Shown piece after piece: positions 11,891-25,800 of a stretch of DNA of 64,000 bases. This DNA comes from a virus. Lineage: Duplodnaviria > Caudoviricetes. The notes under the pieces were generated by a model, which was not told the DNA's origin, ran no database searches, and saw only the letters and a list, made by a program, of their open reading frames with translations. How positions within the stretch are numbered: the stretch's first letter is position 1; each line of letters starts with the position of its first letter. The stretch lies in the IMG/VR virus record IMGVR_UViG_3300028833_000065; one strand, given 5' to 3'. The translations under genes and the position numbers were made by a program.

Positions 11891-12871
11891 TTAAGAAACA
11901 GAAACAGTTCCCTGAGTACCACTAAATGTAGGCTGAGATACCGTTCCTTCTGGAGTGTAATTGCCGGTAGAGGTGAAAGAGGTGCCGCTAAATGTTGCTT
12001 TGAGTTCGGCTCCATCACCTGTAAAGGTTGGCTGAGATACAGTACCAGTAGGCGTACCACTAACACTAACATTGCCTTCTGTACCAGTAAATGACAATTT
12101 TACTTTAGTACCAGTAAAAGAAGGAGCAGAAGCGCTATACGAGGCATCGCCTGTCTTTACAGTAGTGTCTGCACCCTTTGTAGGTAATGTGCCTTGGCTA
12201 AAGTTAAATACTAATGTCTCATCTTCTACTGTTGTACTTAGTGTAGGTAGCGTTCCCACATTTGTAATTGAATTAACAGTAGTAGTCGCGCCGGCGGTAG
12301 CAACACTAATAGTAGGAGCACCAACGGTACCTGCGGGAGTGTAATTGCCGCTAGTATTATTTGCGGCAGAAATAGTTCCTGCTGGAGTAAATTTACCGCT
12401 AGAGGTAGTAGCAGTGCCACTAAAAGTAGGCTTGCTAACGGTTCCAGAAGGAGTGTAGTTAGCAGTACCAGTGCCAGTAGAGATAGTCACAGAGCCAGTA
12501 GGTTTGCCGCTAACGCTAACTGATTTTTGTGTTCCAGTAAATGTTGGCTGTGAAACAGTGCCAGCAGGAGTAAAACTGCCGCTAGCGCTATCCTTTGTAG
12601 CCAATGCGCCTAATCCGGTCATATCGCCGAATTCATGCCACTTAGTGCCATCAAATATAAATTCTTTCTTATTATAAAAAACAGCGTCATTAGCTTTGGG
12701 GGTATAATCTGCATTGTTAATTTTAATAGGCGTAGTAGTTGCTTGGTCAGTCAAAGCTGTAGTAGTTGTACCCTTAATAAGAATGGCGCCAGCCATAGTA
12801 GCACGAGCGACTGTGTCTTTTATGTCATACACAGTACCATTTGTCGTTTTAATTTTACTAATTTCAGGCAT
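11891..12871 (-). CDS. Thr/Gly-rich tail fibre protein
   Basis: Repeats of (F/Y)TP.GTVSQPTF(T/S)G. Confidence 0.75.
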   Translation of the reverse strand: MPEISKIKTTNGTVYDIKDTVARATMAGAILIKGTTTTALTDQATTTPIKINNADYTPKANDAVFYNKKEFIFDGTKWHEFGDMTGLGALATKDSASGSFTPAGTVSQPTFTGTQKSVSVSGKPTGSVTISTGTGTANYTPSGTVSKPTFSGTATTSSGKFTPAGTISAANNTSGNYTPAGTVGAPTISVATAGATTTVNSITNVGTLPTLSTTVEDETLVFNFSQGTLPTKGADTTVKTGDASYSASAPSFTGTKVKLSFTGTEGNVSVSGTPTGTVSQPTFTGDGAELKATFSGTSFTSTGNYTPEGTVSQPTFSGTQGTVSVS

Positions 12872-12884
12872 AAAGTTCACATCC

Positions 12885-13424
12885 TTAATTCTAATTTAAT
12901 ACGAGGATGTCATCCTCAATTTCATAATTTAATTTCTAATTCCAAAATTGCTTTTCTGCGGGAGTAACATGTATTGAAGAGTCGGACATATGCGCGTTTA
13001 GTTGCGTTAGGATAGAATTACATACTGCATCTCTTACAAACGGTAAATCAATACAATATGCGTTGCCATCTCCTATCTTAATATCTGGGACTACTACTGG
13101 TTCCCCGGATACATCGTCAATCATTGTATTATGGTCTAGATAGATAACAATCGCGCCACGTTCTGGAATGAAATTAATATCATTATTCAATTCTGCCGTT
13201 GTCTTACAATAAATGTTAATCCCATCCAACTTCGCCTTATCTACTGCCGCCATAAGTCCATTCGTTGTGGTAGTAACCAATCCCAATGTCCCCACATTTC
13301 TGGCTCCATTGGCGCCGTAGAATACCTAACCTTCTACGACGCCATTAGGAGTGGCGGTTGTGTCTGTAATATCCATTAACACATCATTGCCATAAACAAC
13401 TTTGTTCTTATATAAATTTGCCAT
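12885..13424 (-). CDS. Tail-associated protein (TAG read-through)
   Basis: MANLYKNKVVYGNDVLMDITD..; GLMAAVDKAKLDG; IKIGDG; HMSDSSIHVTPAEKQFWN. Confidence 0.7.
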
Positions 13425-13437
13425 TGGCCATCACCCC

Positions 13438-14043
13438 TTACGCGGCGACAGTGCCAATTGTTACAGTTACTCCACCGTATTCATTATCAGTCTCAGAATA
13501 GGCAATTGCGGCAACATTAACTTGCGTAATGCTATTGAAATCACCTAAGTCTGAAGGCACTATTGTCTGTGCTGTTGTATAAGGCGTAACAGTTAATGAA
13601 GTTGCCTTGACACCTTCAGAGCCACTCATAGTACCAGTTACACCTAAAATCGTTACACCTTCGCGAATGTTGCTAGGAAGCAACTTAGCCTGCTCTGTGC
13701 TAGCAATGCTTACCCTACCAGAGCCATCATGATAACCTTGTGGAATTGTGTAAATTCCATCTAGGGCTGTAATGCTCCCATCAACAGCACCACGATTAGG
13801 CATACTACCAACGATTTTTGCGCCATTCACATAGGCGGTTTTCGTTGCTAGAATTTCCGCGGCGACCGCAGTGGCATCAGATGTTTTCGCGTCATATTCG
13901 CAAGTACCAGTGGTTGCTTCGCCAGAAGGCAAATGGAACTTAATACCACTAAGTACTGATGCTCTAGTAACATCATCCACTGTTAAGTCAATTAAGGTTT
14001 GGCCGCCATATATAACTTTATTTATATATTGATTAGTCGCCAT
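13438..14043 (-). CDS. Tail-associated protein
   Basis: NKVIYGGQTLIDLT; KTAYVNGAKIVG; YTIPQGYHDGSG; NIREGVTILGVTG. Confidence 0.75.
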   Translation of the reverse strand: MATNQYINKVIYGGQTLIDLTVDDVTRASVLSGIKFHLPSGEATTGTCEYDAKTSDATAVAAEILATKTAYVNGAKIVGSMPNRGAVDGSITALDGIYTIPQGYHDGSGRVSIASTEQAKLLPSNIREGVTILGVTGTMSGSEGVKATSLTVTPYTTAQTIVPSDLGDFNSITQVNVAAIAYSETDNEYGGVTVTIGTVAA

Positions 14044-14057
14044 AATTGTTCAACTCC

Positions 14058-14555
14058 TTATCCTATAATTGCCGTATACCCACCGGCAACATTTGAAGTA
14101 GTGGCATATGGTATTTTTTCTACCACTACATTCTATTCCATTACCTTGTCATTAGTACGAAGAAGCTAATCTACGAACGCGAGCGGCGTTACTGAATAAT
14201 TTCCAGAATAAAATTCATATGTTTTAATATACTATGATGGAATTGCTTCTATAACAATATCATCATTAAGCACTTTATTCTTTGTTTTTAATACCTGCTC
14301 TATGCCTTGTAAAGGTACGATATGGTAAATACCTTCATAATTATCAATTAAATCATGAACATCCTATGGGTCAGTTGCTTCAACAAATGCGCCATATCTT
14401 AACTTAAAATCATCAAGAGTGCCACTAAATCCAGTTTTACGCGCCTAAGCATATAACCAATTCAATACTAATGTAAGATCGTATTCATCCCAAGGATAAA
14501 TACGCTTTAAAACTGCGTGCTATGGATTAGGAGGTAATTGATACTAGACATTCAT
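14058..14555 (-). CDS. Tail-associated protein (165 aa; many TAGs)
   Basis: Open only in code 15; internal repeat EQVLKTKNKVL / D*LLRTNDKVM; ends SNVAGGYTAIIG. Confidence 0.7.
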
Positions 14556-14576
14556 TCAAATTCCCCCTATTTATAA

Positions 14577-15350
14577 TTAAAAATCTAAAAATTTCGTCAT
14601 CATATAACCTTGTTTTCCTTTATAGGAAACCTTGGTCCATTCCTCTTCTTCAACTTGTACTGTCGCGCCTTTATCTATACGAAGAAGGACGGTAGATTTG
14701 GTAGAAGGAGCTGAGCGCAACGCAACTTTGACATCGTTTACAGTCGCGACTTTGTCATACTTTTCTACTTCCGGGGTAGCGGGGGTACTCGTTGCGCCAT
14801 AATCAACACCCTTCAATTCTCCCCATTCGGCCCACTTTTTATTTGTAATTAGGGTTGTGATTACTCCCACTTGAGTACCAGACGCTTCAATGACTGTACC
14901 GTTACCTATATATAAACCGACATGCGACCTGTCAGAGCCATTCTTTAAAACGAATACTGCAGTGCCCGGCTTAAGTTCAAGACCATCCGCGCGGCGGCCG
15001 TTAACAAGTTTTCCTTTATTTACGCAGTATTTATTCCACATGGTATTGCTGCCATGATACATATATCCACCGAGTTCTTTAAAAGCCCAATAAAATAAGC
15101 CAGAACAGTCAGTCACATATCTTCCTATCCATCTGCTTCCGTACATCGCGGCAGTATAGCTACTATCTTTTTTTGCGTTATCATTGGTTTTCCAAGCACT
15201 TCCATATTTATTTTCCATATAATTAACTTTCTATGTTTGTAATGCCTGCGTCCATTTTGTGTGCCATGTATTTAGAATATAGCCCCACTTGTTATCTAAC
15301 GCATACTAAAATTTCGCAATTAAATCAGCCGTTTTGATCATCGTTGCCAT
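14577..15350 (-). CDS. Endolysin: NlpC/P60 peptidase plus SH3b domain
   Basis: WGYI...DCSGLF...HVGLYIG..VIEA; C-terminal SH3b; N-terminus extends through two TAGs. Confidence 0.85.
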
Positions 15351-15672
15351 CTTCTTCCTCCCCTCCTTCTTCCTACGTATGAGAAATTGCCTTTCCAATT
15401 AAACTATTAAAACCACCTTTATCAAGCCATTTAAGTACAAATTTGTCGCTATAAATGTACTTCTCGCCTAAAGAATTAACCATATATGTTGATACATTAA
15501 CCAACATAATCGTATCTACTCCCGCAATAGTAGATACAAGCGCATCCGCCGCAGATGGGACGAATGCGCTTATTATCACAACTGAAAAACGATATAGCGC
15601 CCACATCCAGCAAATAAACTTACTTAACTATTTGCTGTACTATAAGGCTGCTGCCGCTACTTTTCCCGCCAC
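15325..15672 (-). CDS. Two-TM membrane protein, possible holin/antiholin
   Basis: GTG start, hydrophobic segments, acidic C-terminal tail after TAG read-through; adjacent to the endolysin. Confidence 0.5.
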
Positions 15673-15677
15673 TTAAA

Positions 15678-16100
15678 TCACTTCCATCTATAATGGGGTT
15701 TCTCTTCTCCAAACATCTTCCATCTGAGGAAATCGTCTAATACAATACAAGCTGCTGATAGGAAAAGCCAGATTACGCAGAATGGTAGGCTACATTGGTT
15801 CCAGAAAAATGCCATGCGCTGATAGTGCCAGACATTTAGTTTTAGAATAATATTCAAAATAATGCCGGCAACCGCTTCACTGAATACGGCAACGCCCATA
15901 CCAATAGTGCATTGCTGTAAAAATGGCATGTTCCAATGAATTTTTTCATTAATATCTCCAATTAAAAATCCTACAATCCCACCTAATAAGAACATAGTCC
16001 AATGGGTAATTTGTCCTTTCCATAAACATTCAAGAAAAAAATATATTGCGCCAAAAATTACAAATAGAATTAAATCTTTTAATAAAATTTTCAGTTTCAT
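15678..16100 (-). CDS. Membrane protein (ABC_trans_CmpB-like)
   Basis: FGAIYFFLECLWKG..HWTMFLLGG...E..AG.ILN..L...VWHY...QCSLPF. Confidence 0.7.
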   Translation of the reverse strand: MKLKILLKDLILFVIFGAIYFFLECLWKGQITHWTMFLLGGIVGFLIGDINEKIHWNMPFLQQCTIGMGVAVFSEAVAGIILNIILKLNVWHYQRMAFFWNQCSLPFCVIWLFLSAACIVLDDFLRWKMFGEEKPHYRWK

Positions 16101-16831
16101 TGCGTAATCACCTTCAAAACTTCAGATTGATATTCATCTGGAATTGGGGTACCATAAGTTATTGCGGCAATTTCTTCAATGGTAGATAGGGAGTTGATAT
16201 AGTTTTTTAAGGCATTGTAGTAAGTAGTGTGATAAACTTTATGAGCTGTTGCGGCGGCAACTATTTGATTAATTTCATCTGCAGTATAGAATATACAGGT
16301 TTCGCCATCCGCATGGTAGGGAATAAGTTCTTGCGTTTGCGCCATTACCCCTAAGCTCATTAGGTTAAGTTGGTCTTGTGTATCCATTGAGAAGTGCTTG
16401 GTTTCCATACGAAGTTCAACATCAACGCCGGCTTCAATGGTTTTGCGGCATTGGAGAGACATTTCGGAGATTTTGGATTGGCGAATAAATTCTAATGATT
16501 CCTAATCAATAAGGTTCGCAGGCTATTCTGGAACCATATCGGGCTAAAGTTCTTGTGCATTTTCAATAATACTATTAGTTTCAAAAGCGGTTTTATAAAT
16601 TTCATATTCACTAGCTGTAATTTCTAAAATTGAAACCTCTTTATGTTTGGTATTTAGTATATATGGCTACATCCATCCACTACGATAAAAACGACCATTA
16701 TATGTTACATATTCTCCAGTCTATTCATCTGTGCGTAAATAACAATCACTAAGAGGTTCATAATGCATAAAATCCCGCGAAGTAACAACGCCAATAATAG
16801 CATTGTTTTCAACTAATTTAAAATATTTCAT
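16097..16831 (-). CDS. DUF4376-like tail fibre assembly protein
   Basis: CRKTIEAGVDV...HFSMDTQDQLNL...YHADGE.C..Y...HTTYYN.L; N-terminus extended in code 15. Confidence 0.7.
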
Positions 16832-16845
16832 TATTATTCCTCCAA

Positions 16846-16878
16846 ATAAGTAGGGCGAGATGCTCTCGCCCTACTTAT
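16846..16878 (-). terminator. Hairpin/intrinsic terminator
   Basis: ATAAGTAGGGCGAGA-TGC-TCTCGCCCTACTTAT. Confidence 0.7.
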
Positions 16879-16886
16879 AATATTAA

Positions 16887-19800
16887 TTAAATTGTAAAAG
16901 CATAGTCTAATGATAATAAGCCTGGCTAATTTTGGCTACTCGTTGGTTCTTCCGTCGTTCCAAGGGCATTAATATATATGAAATTATTATAGCTACCACT
17001 TGCAGCAGTAACAGAACGAGTAATATATGCTTGACTTCTAACCCAGCCACCCTCTGATACATTATTTAAAGTAGTATTAAATAATGAATTAACACTGCCT
17101 TGCGGTTCAGTTTGTATGCCTGATTGAATATCTGCAGTTGAAACATACATATAAGCTGCTTCATTCGTTAAAACAACAATATCTCCAACTTGTAAATTAG
17201 GAATAATACGACGTAAATTAGTATTACCAACAGCGCTACGGGATATTCTATAAATATGAATAGGTGACTCTACACTCCATAAAATAGGCTTATTCGGGAA
17301 TCTAAGATTATAATAATTGCTATTAATACTATCTGATTCAATCCAAGGATTTTCCTCTCCAAATGAATAATCATATATTATCATAGAAGCATTATCTCCT
17401 AGCCATCCATAAGGAGTAATATCTGTAATAAGATTTCCATTAGTTCGGCCATTTCTTTCATAAATAGATTCAAGCCCATAATTATTATTACCAGTACCTG
17501 TACCGGACTTTGCTCCATCAAGGCTACTAATAGAGGGAACATATACATATCCTATAGAATTCTTTAAACTACTTAATTGATTTGCTACTGATTCAATATT
17601 AGTATCATATACAGTTGTATAATTGTAATATCCTATTTGTATATTGCTTAGAATAGCTTGTAAATAAACTGGTAATCCATTATATATTTTATTATCACAA
17701 ATAGTTTTACTAATAGAATTTTCCCAGCCAGCAACCGTACCATCAGAATTAGCAAAGCGACTACTTTGAATAATACCATGACTAGTAGTAGTTAAGCCAG
17801 TTAAATATAGAGAAGGCCGCGCATTTGCGGTATTAGTACTATCAGAACTAATTGCGGCAATATTCATTGTCATATTTTCATGAGGCCAAGTAGCAATTTG
17901 TTTGCATTCACCTGCGCCCAAATCTTCATTCCAATATTTAGCCCAATAGATAGTACCCTATGCGCCCATTATATTCATACCCTCTTCGCTACTATAAATA
18001 GAAGAAGTTATTAAATCATCTCGTAAATGGCCTAAGCATAAAGTTGCATCAGAAGATAACGACTAAGAGTCAAGTTCAATTCTCTATGCGGTAATTGTAG
18101 CATCTAATGTACTACTAGCATCCCTTTTACTAGAATAAATCCATAATTCTGCACTATTAGCTGGATGTCTTAATACTATAATATTTCGCTATGATAAATT
18201 ACCAATTGGTTTAGAATGTCCTTCATTACTAAACATATTTCCATATCCTACGGTTGCTCCAATAGTTCCATAATTAGAATTGGCATTATTATATAAAGCA
18301 AAACCAGTAATATTTCCATTATTTCTAGCATAGCATCCTACTAATACAGCAGCATCTACAGAGATTTCTTGTGTAGAATCAAACTAATAATCAATAGCAA
18401 TGGTAAAACCATTATTATTTGTAAAAGGTTTTATGTTAGAAAAATTAATACCAACCCCACTATTATTTTCAGTGAACTATTGTATCTAATTTGTATTAAC
18501 AATGGTCGTACCTTCTATACTACTATCATAACCCATCTAATAACTAAATTTTTTATTCATTTTTATATTTTTACTGTTAGAATATGTATTTCTATAAGTA
18601 CTTGACATTCGTGATAGTACAAATAACTATTCTAATGTTAAATTAGAAGTGTCATAAAATAGGCTAGTTGGATCATTATCAGATAAACTGACTGTTTTTT
18701 CATACCATTTAGCATAAATATTATAATTTCCTGAATTTGCGTCCTCTAAAGTAGGATTGATATTAGTAGGTAGTTTTTCCCAACCATCAAAAATTGTAAT
18801 GGTAGCTGTATCGTTTGAATTAAAAGTTACTTTAGCAGTATCATTTGGATATAATGCTCTAATATCTTTTACAGTAGGCGCTTCTAGTGTATAACCACCG
18901 CCGTATTCTTGATTTTTAATATTTTTAACCAATTTATTTTCATCTAAATACCAATTAACTGTATATAAATGCGGCGCTTCATTAAATAAAGTATATAAAA
19001 TTACTTCCGTCATTGAAGCTATCGCGCGATATGGTCTATTGGCTGTATATCCTTCACCATTATTATATAAAGAAACCGGATCAGCGCCATTTCTATCTAG
19101 AGTCCAGCCAGAATAAGTAGTATAGGTGTTTTGCACGACTGAACCAAACTAATATTCAAAAGCAATTGTAGAATCACGATGAGGCAATTTATCTACTGAT
19201 ACTCCAGTATATAGGTCTGGGATTATTTCATCTTCGCCAACATATTTAGTTGTAATTTCACTTTCCTCGACCCATTCATCATTTTTCCAGTATCCACGGT
19301 TCATATATACAACTTTAGTTTTTGATATTTTATTATCTTCAAGTGTATTTAATGTTAAGTTAGGCCAAATACTAGTCGATTTCCCAGAATAATTATCTTT
19401 TTCAACCTAAGACCATTTTCCAGTAACATTAAGAAGTCCACTAAATATAATTTTCTAAATTAGATTCCCTGAAGTATCATAATTAATTTCTGCCTATTTT
19501 TTTCTTACCGCAAAGGGCTCTAATTCAGAAATGTCGCCTATACTAGAATGAGATAAACGCTATAAATATAGTGTATCAAGGCTCCCGTTTAATGCTCCGA
19601 TAGCTACAGTCATCCAATTAATATTGCTTGAATAATCGCTATCGTCTATATTTAAATTAATTAGAGAAGAATAGTCTTCCTGTCTTTGACTATTATGAAT
19701 AAAAAAGTCTGTTAAATAATGAGCAGAGGATAAATTCAAACTTGTAACTGTTGACGGTAAATGTAATTTCTAAATATGAGTATAATTAGGTAATGAAACA

Positions 19801-22800
19801 CCAGTAATTGCACTACCTTCAGCTTCAAAGAACTTTAAATTATTACTCTAGCTTAGATTAATTGTACCTCCAAGAGCATTACAATTTTTAACGCTAAATG
19901 ATTCTAGAATTGGCATACGCGCGTTAACACTGATACTAGTAAATCTTGGGTTATTATAATCTGGATTATCTGAACCTAGATCAAGACTCTTTAGCCGTAC
20001 ACCCTATCCAAATGAGCCGGAATAAGTATACGCCGGTGCTAAATTTTCAATCGCCGCAATATGTTCTGCGCCATAAATATAAACACGAGTTTCTTGCGCT
20101 GAACCACCACTACGGCAATCAATAATAACAGATTCACCTGCTTTAGCGCGTTTAGCATACTATTCCTCTATTATTCTATCTGCAATATTTGTTGTGCTAT
20201 TACCAACTGCGACATTAATATACATATCCTAATATGGTTTTACAACAACATGTTCACGATCTACTGGAACTGCTAAAGTAGCGCCATCTGCAATTGAAGG
20301 AGTATATGTATTAAATTCAATTGTGTGCGCATCAGTACCAACGTTATTTAAGAAATATTTACTACCAAAATAAATACTCTAGTCTCGTACCCATTGTCTG
20401 CGCTGATATTTCTTACGTCCTTGCATCATGGCTTTTAAGAAACGAATATTCTATTTACCGGTGGTAATAGAGTTATCATAAGATTTACCAGTAAATGTAC
20501 GAATATATTTACGTTGAATATCTAGGCGCCAAATTTCTTCTGGATAGCATTCCTAGAATTTATCAAACTACTCAATTAAATGCTATGCATTACTAAAGCA
20601 TTCAACAGGTGATTGCCGCATAATAGTTGTTATGCCATCAGCAAAAGATGTACTTAACCTACGCCAGAAAATTGAACCAGAGCCATTAAAGGCCCAACCA
20701 GATTGTGGGTCACCAGCTACGCGATAATCTAAATCTTCTTTACCATATGGGAAGACAAGCTCACCATTGTTATCAATACCGCAAGCAGTATCTGTATCAT
20801 AAATCCAAAGGTCAAATGCATAACGAGTATAATACTAAGTGTTATTATCGAATACTGCATTTTCTACTTCGCATGCCTTTTTATACCCACCTGGCGCATT
20901 AGCATCTGCTATTTCATAAATATGAAATAGTGCAGGTACAGCACGACCAATAGGAACAGGACGAGGGTCGCCAGTAGTAACCTTCGCGAAATGCCAGAAA
21001 GTATTTTTCGCGCGGTTATCCATCATTGTGTAGTAATGAGTGTAGGCATAGAAAAATTCCATTGCTTCGGGAACAATCCATAATGATGCTTCATTTTTAA
21101 ATTGTGTTATATCTGCTGTAACAACCCATTCGTAAAAAGCTTCCCAGACAGCGCGATTCAGATTAAATTGAACGTCATCTTTAGTTAAGAATGGCTTATC
21201 ATTTACTTCTTCTGGATCTGGATTGGGAATATCGCTATCGCCATGTGTATCATTAATTAAATCACCATCACGATAATCGCCGCAACAAGCATAGCGGAAT
21301 TCAAAGGAATGGTCACCGTCAAATCCTTCAGTTGATAAAGTCTTATGACGATAATTAATATATTCATCGTTATCGTTTTTTGCATTCCATTGCTCAGATG
21401 AAATAGGATATATATAGTCCATAGGATCTGTTTCAGTCGCGCTTGTTTCAATTGTTTCAACATTGTTAGTAGTTGCGTTTTTATATACGCCAGACTAGAA
21501 CTAAGAGTTTGCTGTATTATTATCAGAAATTTCAATAGTAAATTCATTCATATCAGTTGGATCATAGGCACGAGTATAGTCGGATTTCTTAGAATCGCCA
21601 ATATTACCTAAAGCATAAAAATGCCAGTTATTATCAGCAAATTCACTGTGTGTATTAACTTCTCCAGTTTCACGAATAAATAGAATTGCAGGAACAAATT
21701 CCATACCATTCTATACGCGAGAATCACGCTGTTTTGCAGGAGAAGTATAAGGTAAGAAATCAGTATAACGCTTTTGAAATAAAGCATTATTAACATTTTC
21801 AGAAGAAGCAATGTTTACTTTTAAATTGAAATAGTTATTTGGAATTGATGTATCTTCATTAACAGGAGTTAATGTGCTCTTGTTAAAGTGCGTTAAAGAT
21901 ACTTTACAGCTATCGTTCATCCAATCGGTACATTCATCCAATTCTGCGCCTGGGGCTGGTTCCCATTGGCCACGAATAATTTTATTTTCTTCTGGCTTTG
22001 TGGTATCACGCAAATCACGATAAACAGTACCTTCACTGCCATGAATTACAGCAGACTTATATCCTTTTTCAAAATCAGTCATATTTTTCTTTTTTGTAGG
22101 ATAATGTGTACCATCACATTCAAATAAGAAGTCAACATTACGTCCAGACTATCCATAGTTATCAGAAGTTGTGCCTTGTCCTGCGTGATATCCATTAAAG
22201 AAAAACCAGTTATCTGCATCAGTAGCAGGATATACTTTTCCTCCTTGTGCCTATATACAACGTAAAGTGCCACGTACAAAGTCTTTTTTACCAGTAGTAA
22301 AGCGTGGAGTTTCAAGCATTAGGATTTTTACATCAGGTATTTGTTTAGATAACTAAATTGGATCTAAAATAGCAGAAGCGCTTGCATATGGGGTGAATTG
22401 TCCAGTTGTACTATCATAATAAATACTATTACGATTATATCTGTTTTTACGTTCTTCTACATTTTGGCCATCTGCAATAAAGTTCTTTAAGATCTAATTG
22501 GTTTGAAGTCCATTATCATAAATCTTTATACGATAAATGTAAACATCGCAATCAGGAGAACCAATACGGATATCTGATTCTTGTCCAATAATCTGATATA
22601 AGATATCGCCGCCAGCGGCGTAATCATAAGGATATGCTTTACTGGGCACGCCATCTTCATAAGACATAATAAAGTCTTCGCTATTACCTGTTTTATTAAT
22701 ATTGATATCTAATTCAATTTTATCGTCTTCAGAATAAGGGAAATATAGATAACTATTTGTTGCACCAACTTCAGTTTCAAGCTAACCAATTTTACGCCAT

Positions 22801-25800
22801 TTCTTTTCTTCGTCATCATCAAAAACAGAATTAGTTGTTTCTTTTACGCATTCATAAATGGTCTTCTTTTTAACTACTACAATATCACCAGGTGAGTAAG
22901 TGTGATTCGCTTCCCATAAAGCATAACCCTACTCAATAATATCTTCTTCAGTAACTTTTGTTGTCTAATCAGTTGCTTTATCGGTCTTTAACCATCCATT
23001 ATGAGCATTTAATTGAATGCCAACTTCTTTATCACTTGTAGAAACATATTTACCCATATTGGTGAACCAAGTAGCACTAGCATCACGCACAGCAGAAACT
23101 TTAAAGATAATCTTCATTTCTACACCCTAGTCAAAAACTTTACTAGTTGTTGTCGGAATGCCATTAGTTACTACATTATTTTGAGTAAACATTTTATAAT
23201 TTAAAGTAGCATAGTCGCCTGCGCGAATAACAAAACACTTTCCATCGGCATCTTCTCTATAGCCGCCGCCGCTATCTTCTGCATTAGTAGACCAGTTAAA
23301 ATTATCAGAAACAGTTAATTTATAAGTTTTTTCATTAGTCTAGCCCTTATTAACAGTCCATTCTGGCTCTCTTCCAACTGAAGTGTTCGTTAATAGAGCT
23401 GGATTAAAGTCAATTATCGCGCCACTAACAGGAACGATATCAATTGATAAGCTCTCTACATTTAAATAAATGGTAATAAGTTCGTTATTAGCTTTAATAG
23501 TTAAGCTATGGTTGCCTGCATCATTAGCATTATATCTTAAAAGACCATTATTAGTATTCTACAACAAAGCAGATGAAAAAGGTATATTTTCTTGATTTGA
23601 CTTATAATCATAAAAATATTCAACTAGAACAGAAGGTTCAGAAGAATAAACAGTATATGGAATTTCAACTTCATCATACTGTGTAACTTTCTTAGTCTCA
23701 TCACGATAAGAAGAAGCTAATATAGTTACATTTTCTGCTGTATTATCACGCCAAATATAATCACGTATAATCGGATCTGTTTCCCGAGGTTTACCATTTA
23801 TTTCAGTAGAAAGATAAAATTTAATTTTATGATGACCTTGCGTCTACGCTGGAATGATATAAGTTAATTCATTACCAGTATTAGTTGCGCTTAAGTGGAC
23901 AACATCCGTCTCAATATTATCAATAAATATATGTAAATTTTTTTCAAGGGCACCAAGGGGCGTATAGGGTAGTTCTGCTGTAGTATTTAAATTAGTAATT
24001 AATGTCTCAGGAGCGGTTGATTCCAAACGTAATTCTTTAATATCAACAGTATATTGACGATATAAAGTTTCTTTTGTACCTGTTGTCATTACCAATGTAA
24101 ACGTATTAATACCTAAACGACAATAAGATTCTACATTAATTGAAGCATAACCATCATCATATATGACACCATCAGGGCGATAGACAGTTTCTCCATTAAC
24201 AATCGTTGTTGGCCAACCATTAACACTTTCAGTTGCTGAACCACTATTAATTTTCTAATTGCTTAATAATTCTACATTATTACTATCTCTTAATGAAAAA
24301 ATACCTTCATGTGATTCTCCGCTATTATCAACACAAGAATAGAAAAATCGTAAGAAAATACCCTAACCATTAAAAATTGTAGTAATAGAAGTCGGAGCAA
24401 TGCGAACTAATTTTGTATTAGATACAGAGCTACTTCCTCCACCGCCACCTTGAGGTAAAACAATACGAGCAATTCTTTGTTCCACTGGAGGCAATTCTTC
24501 TGTTATAATATTTGATTCTCCATAATTAAATTCATAGAAATCTAAATAATTAATTGGTTCAGCTTCAGTCCCTCCGGTGGTTTTAATCATATTATATGTT
24601 TTTATTTTTTTTGGATCTACACCAATTAATATTGGTACCAAAGTTCCATTGTCACCATTTTCAATATAGCGATAATGTAAATATCCGTCAGTATTATTAC
24701 CAACATAATAATCAGTATTTATATTGGGATTTGTTATTTCTTCTGTTGTAGCCGCAAATTGAGCTGAAGAAGTACCTCCAGTTGTGCCGCCACTAATCAA
24801 TACCTTTTCATAAACATTATCAGAAGTTTCAATAATATGATAATATTTATAAAGGTTATTTTCATCGGGTCCAACTAAATAATCCTTATGGCTATTAGCC
24901 TCATTCGCGGTTAAAGCCTCAAAGTCTTCTACACTAATAACTTCAGTCGCGGATTTTGGCTCATTTTGTAATGTGTCGATTGCACTTTCTGCTTCACTAA
25001 CACGAGTTGCTAAGGTCTTCGCACCAGTTAAAGCCTCGCCACCATCAATAGCATTTAACCGAGTATTTAGCCCATTTAATGTACTATCTACTTCTGTCTT
25101 AACTGCAGCCGCATCTGCGATTGCCTTTGTCGCGGCTAAACCAGTACTTGCATGTCTAACTTCACCTTCAAGACTAGTTAAACGTTCAGTTAGTCCGCCC
25201 ACATCTTCATTTTCTGCTGGATGAGAAATTTTAGCTTCAATATCATCAAAACGCTTATCTAATGAATCATTAATTGATTCATTATTTTCATCAACAAGGC
25301 CAGTACGATGAGCACCGTTAATTTCTGCTGTAATAGTATCAATATTATTTTTTGATGCTACTGCATAACTCTCAATTGCTTCTAGGCGTTCATCAAGTGT
25401 ATCATAAGTAGTATCAGTATAAGTAATTTCGCCGCCCTCTTCTTCAGGTTGAACTTCAGTACGAACAACTGAGGAAACGTGTGCCGCATTAAGTTCATCG
25501 GCAATTGCTTTCTTATGCGCTTCAATATCTTCAAAACGCTCGTCTATATTATCGTATTCCTTATTAACTTCAGAAGTTTCACCAGTTTCTTCATCGGTTA
25601 CAGTTTCTTTAATAATAGAAGATATATGCGCTTGTTCTAATTCATCACGATTTTCAATTACACGTTCATCCAAATCAGCGGTAACTTTAGCAACAGTGTT
25701 CTAATCACTAAATCCGCTACCTAATAAACTATCAGCATGACTTTTTGCATTTGTTTCTGCCGTATTTGCAGCATCGTTGATTGCGCCTGTAACAGTATTT

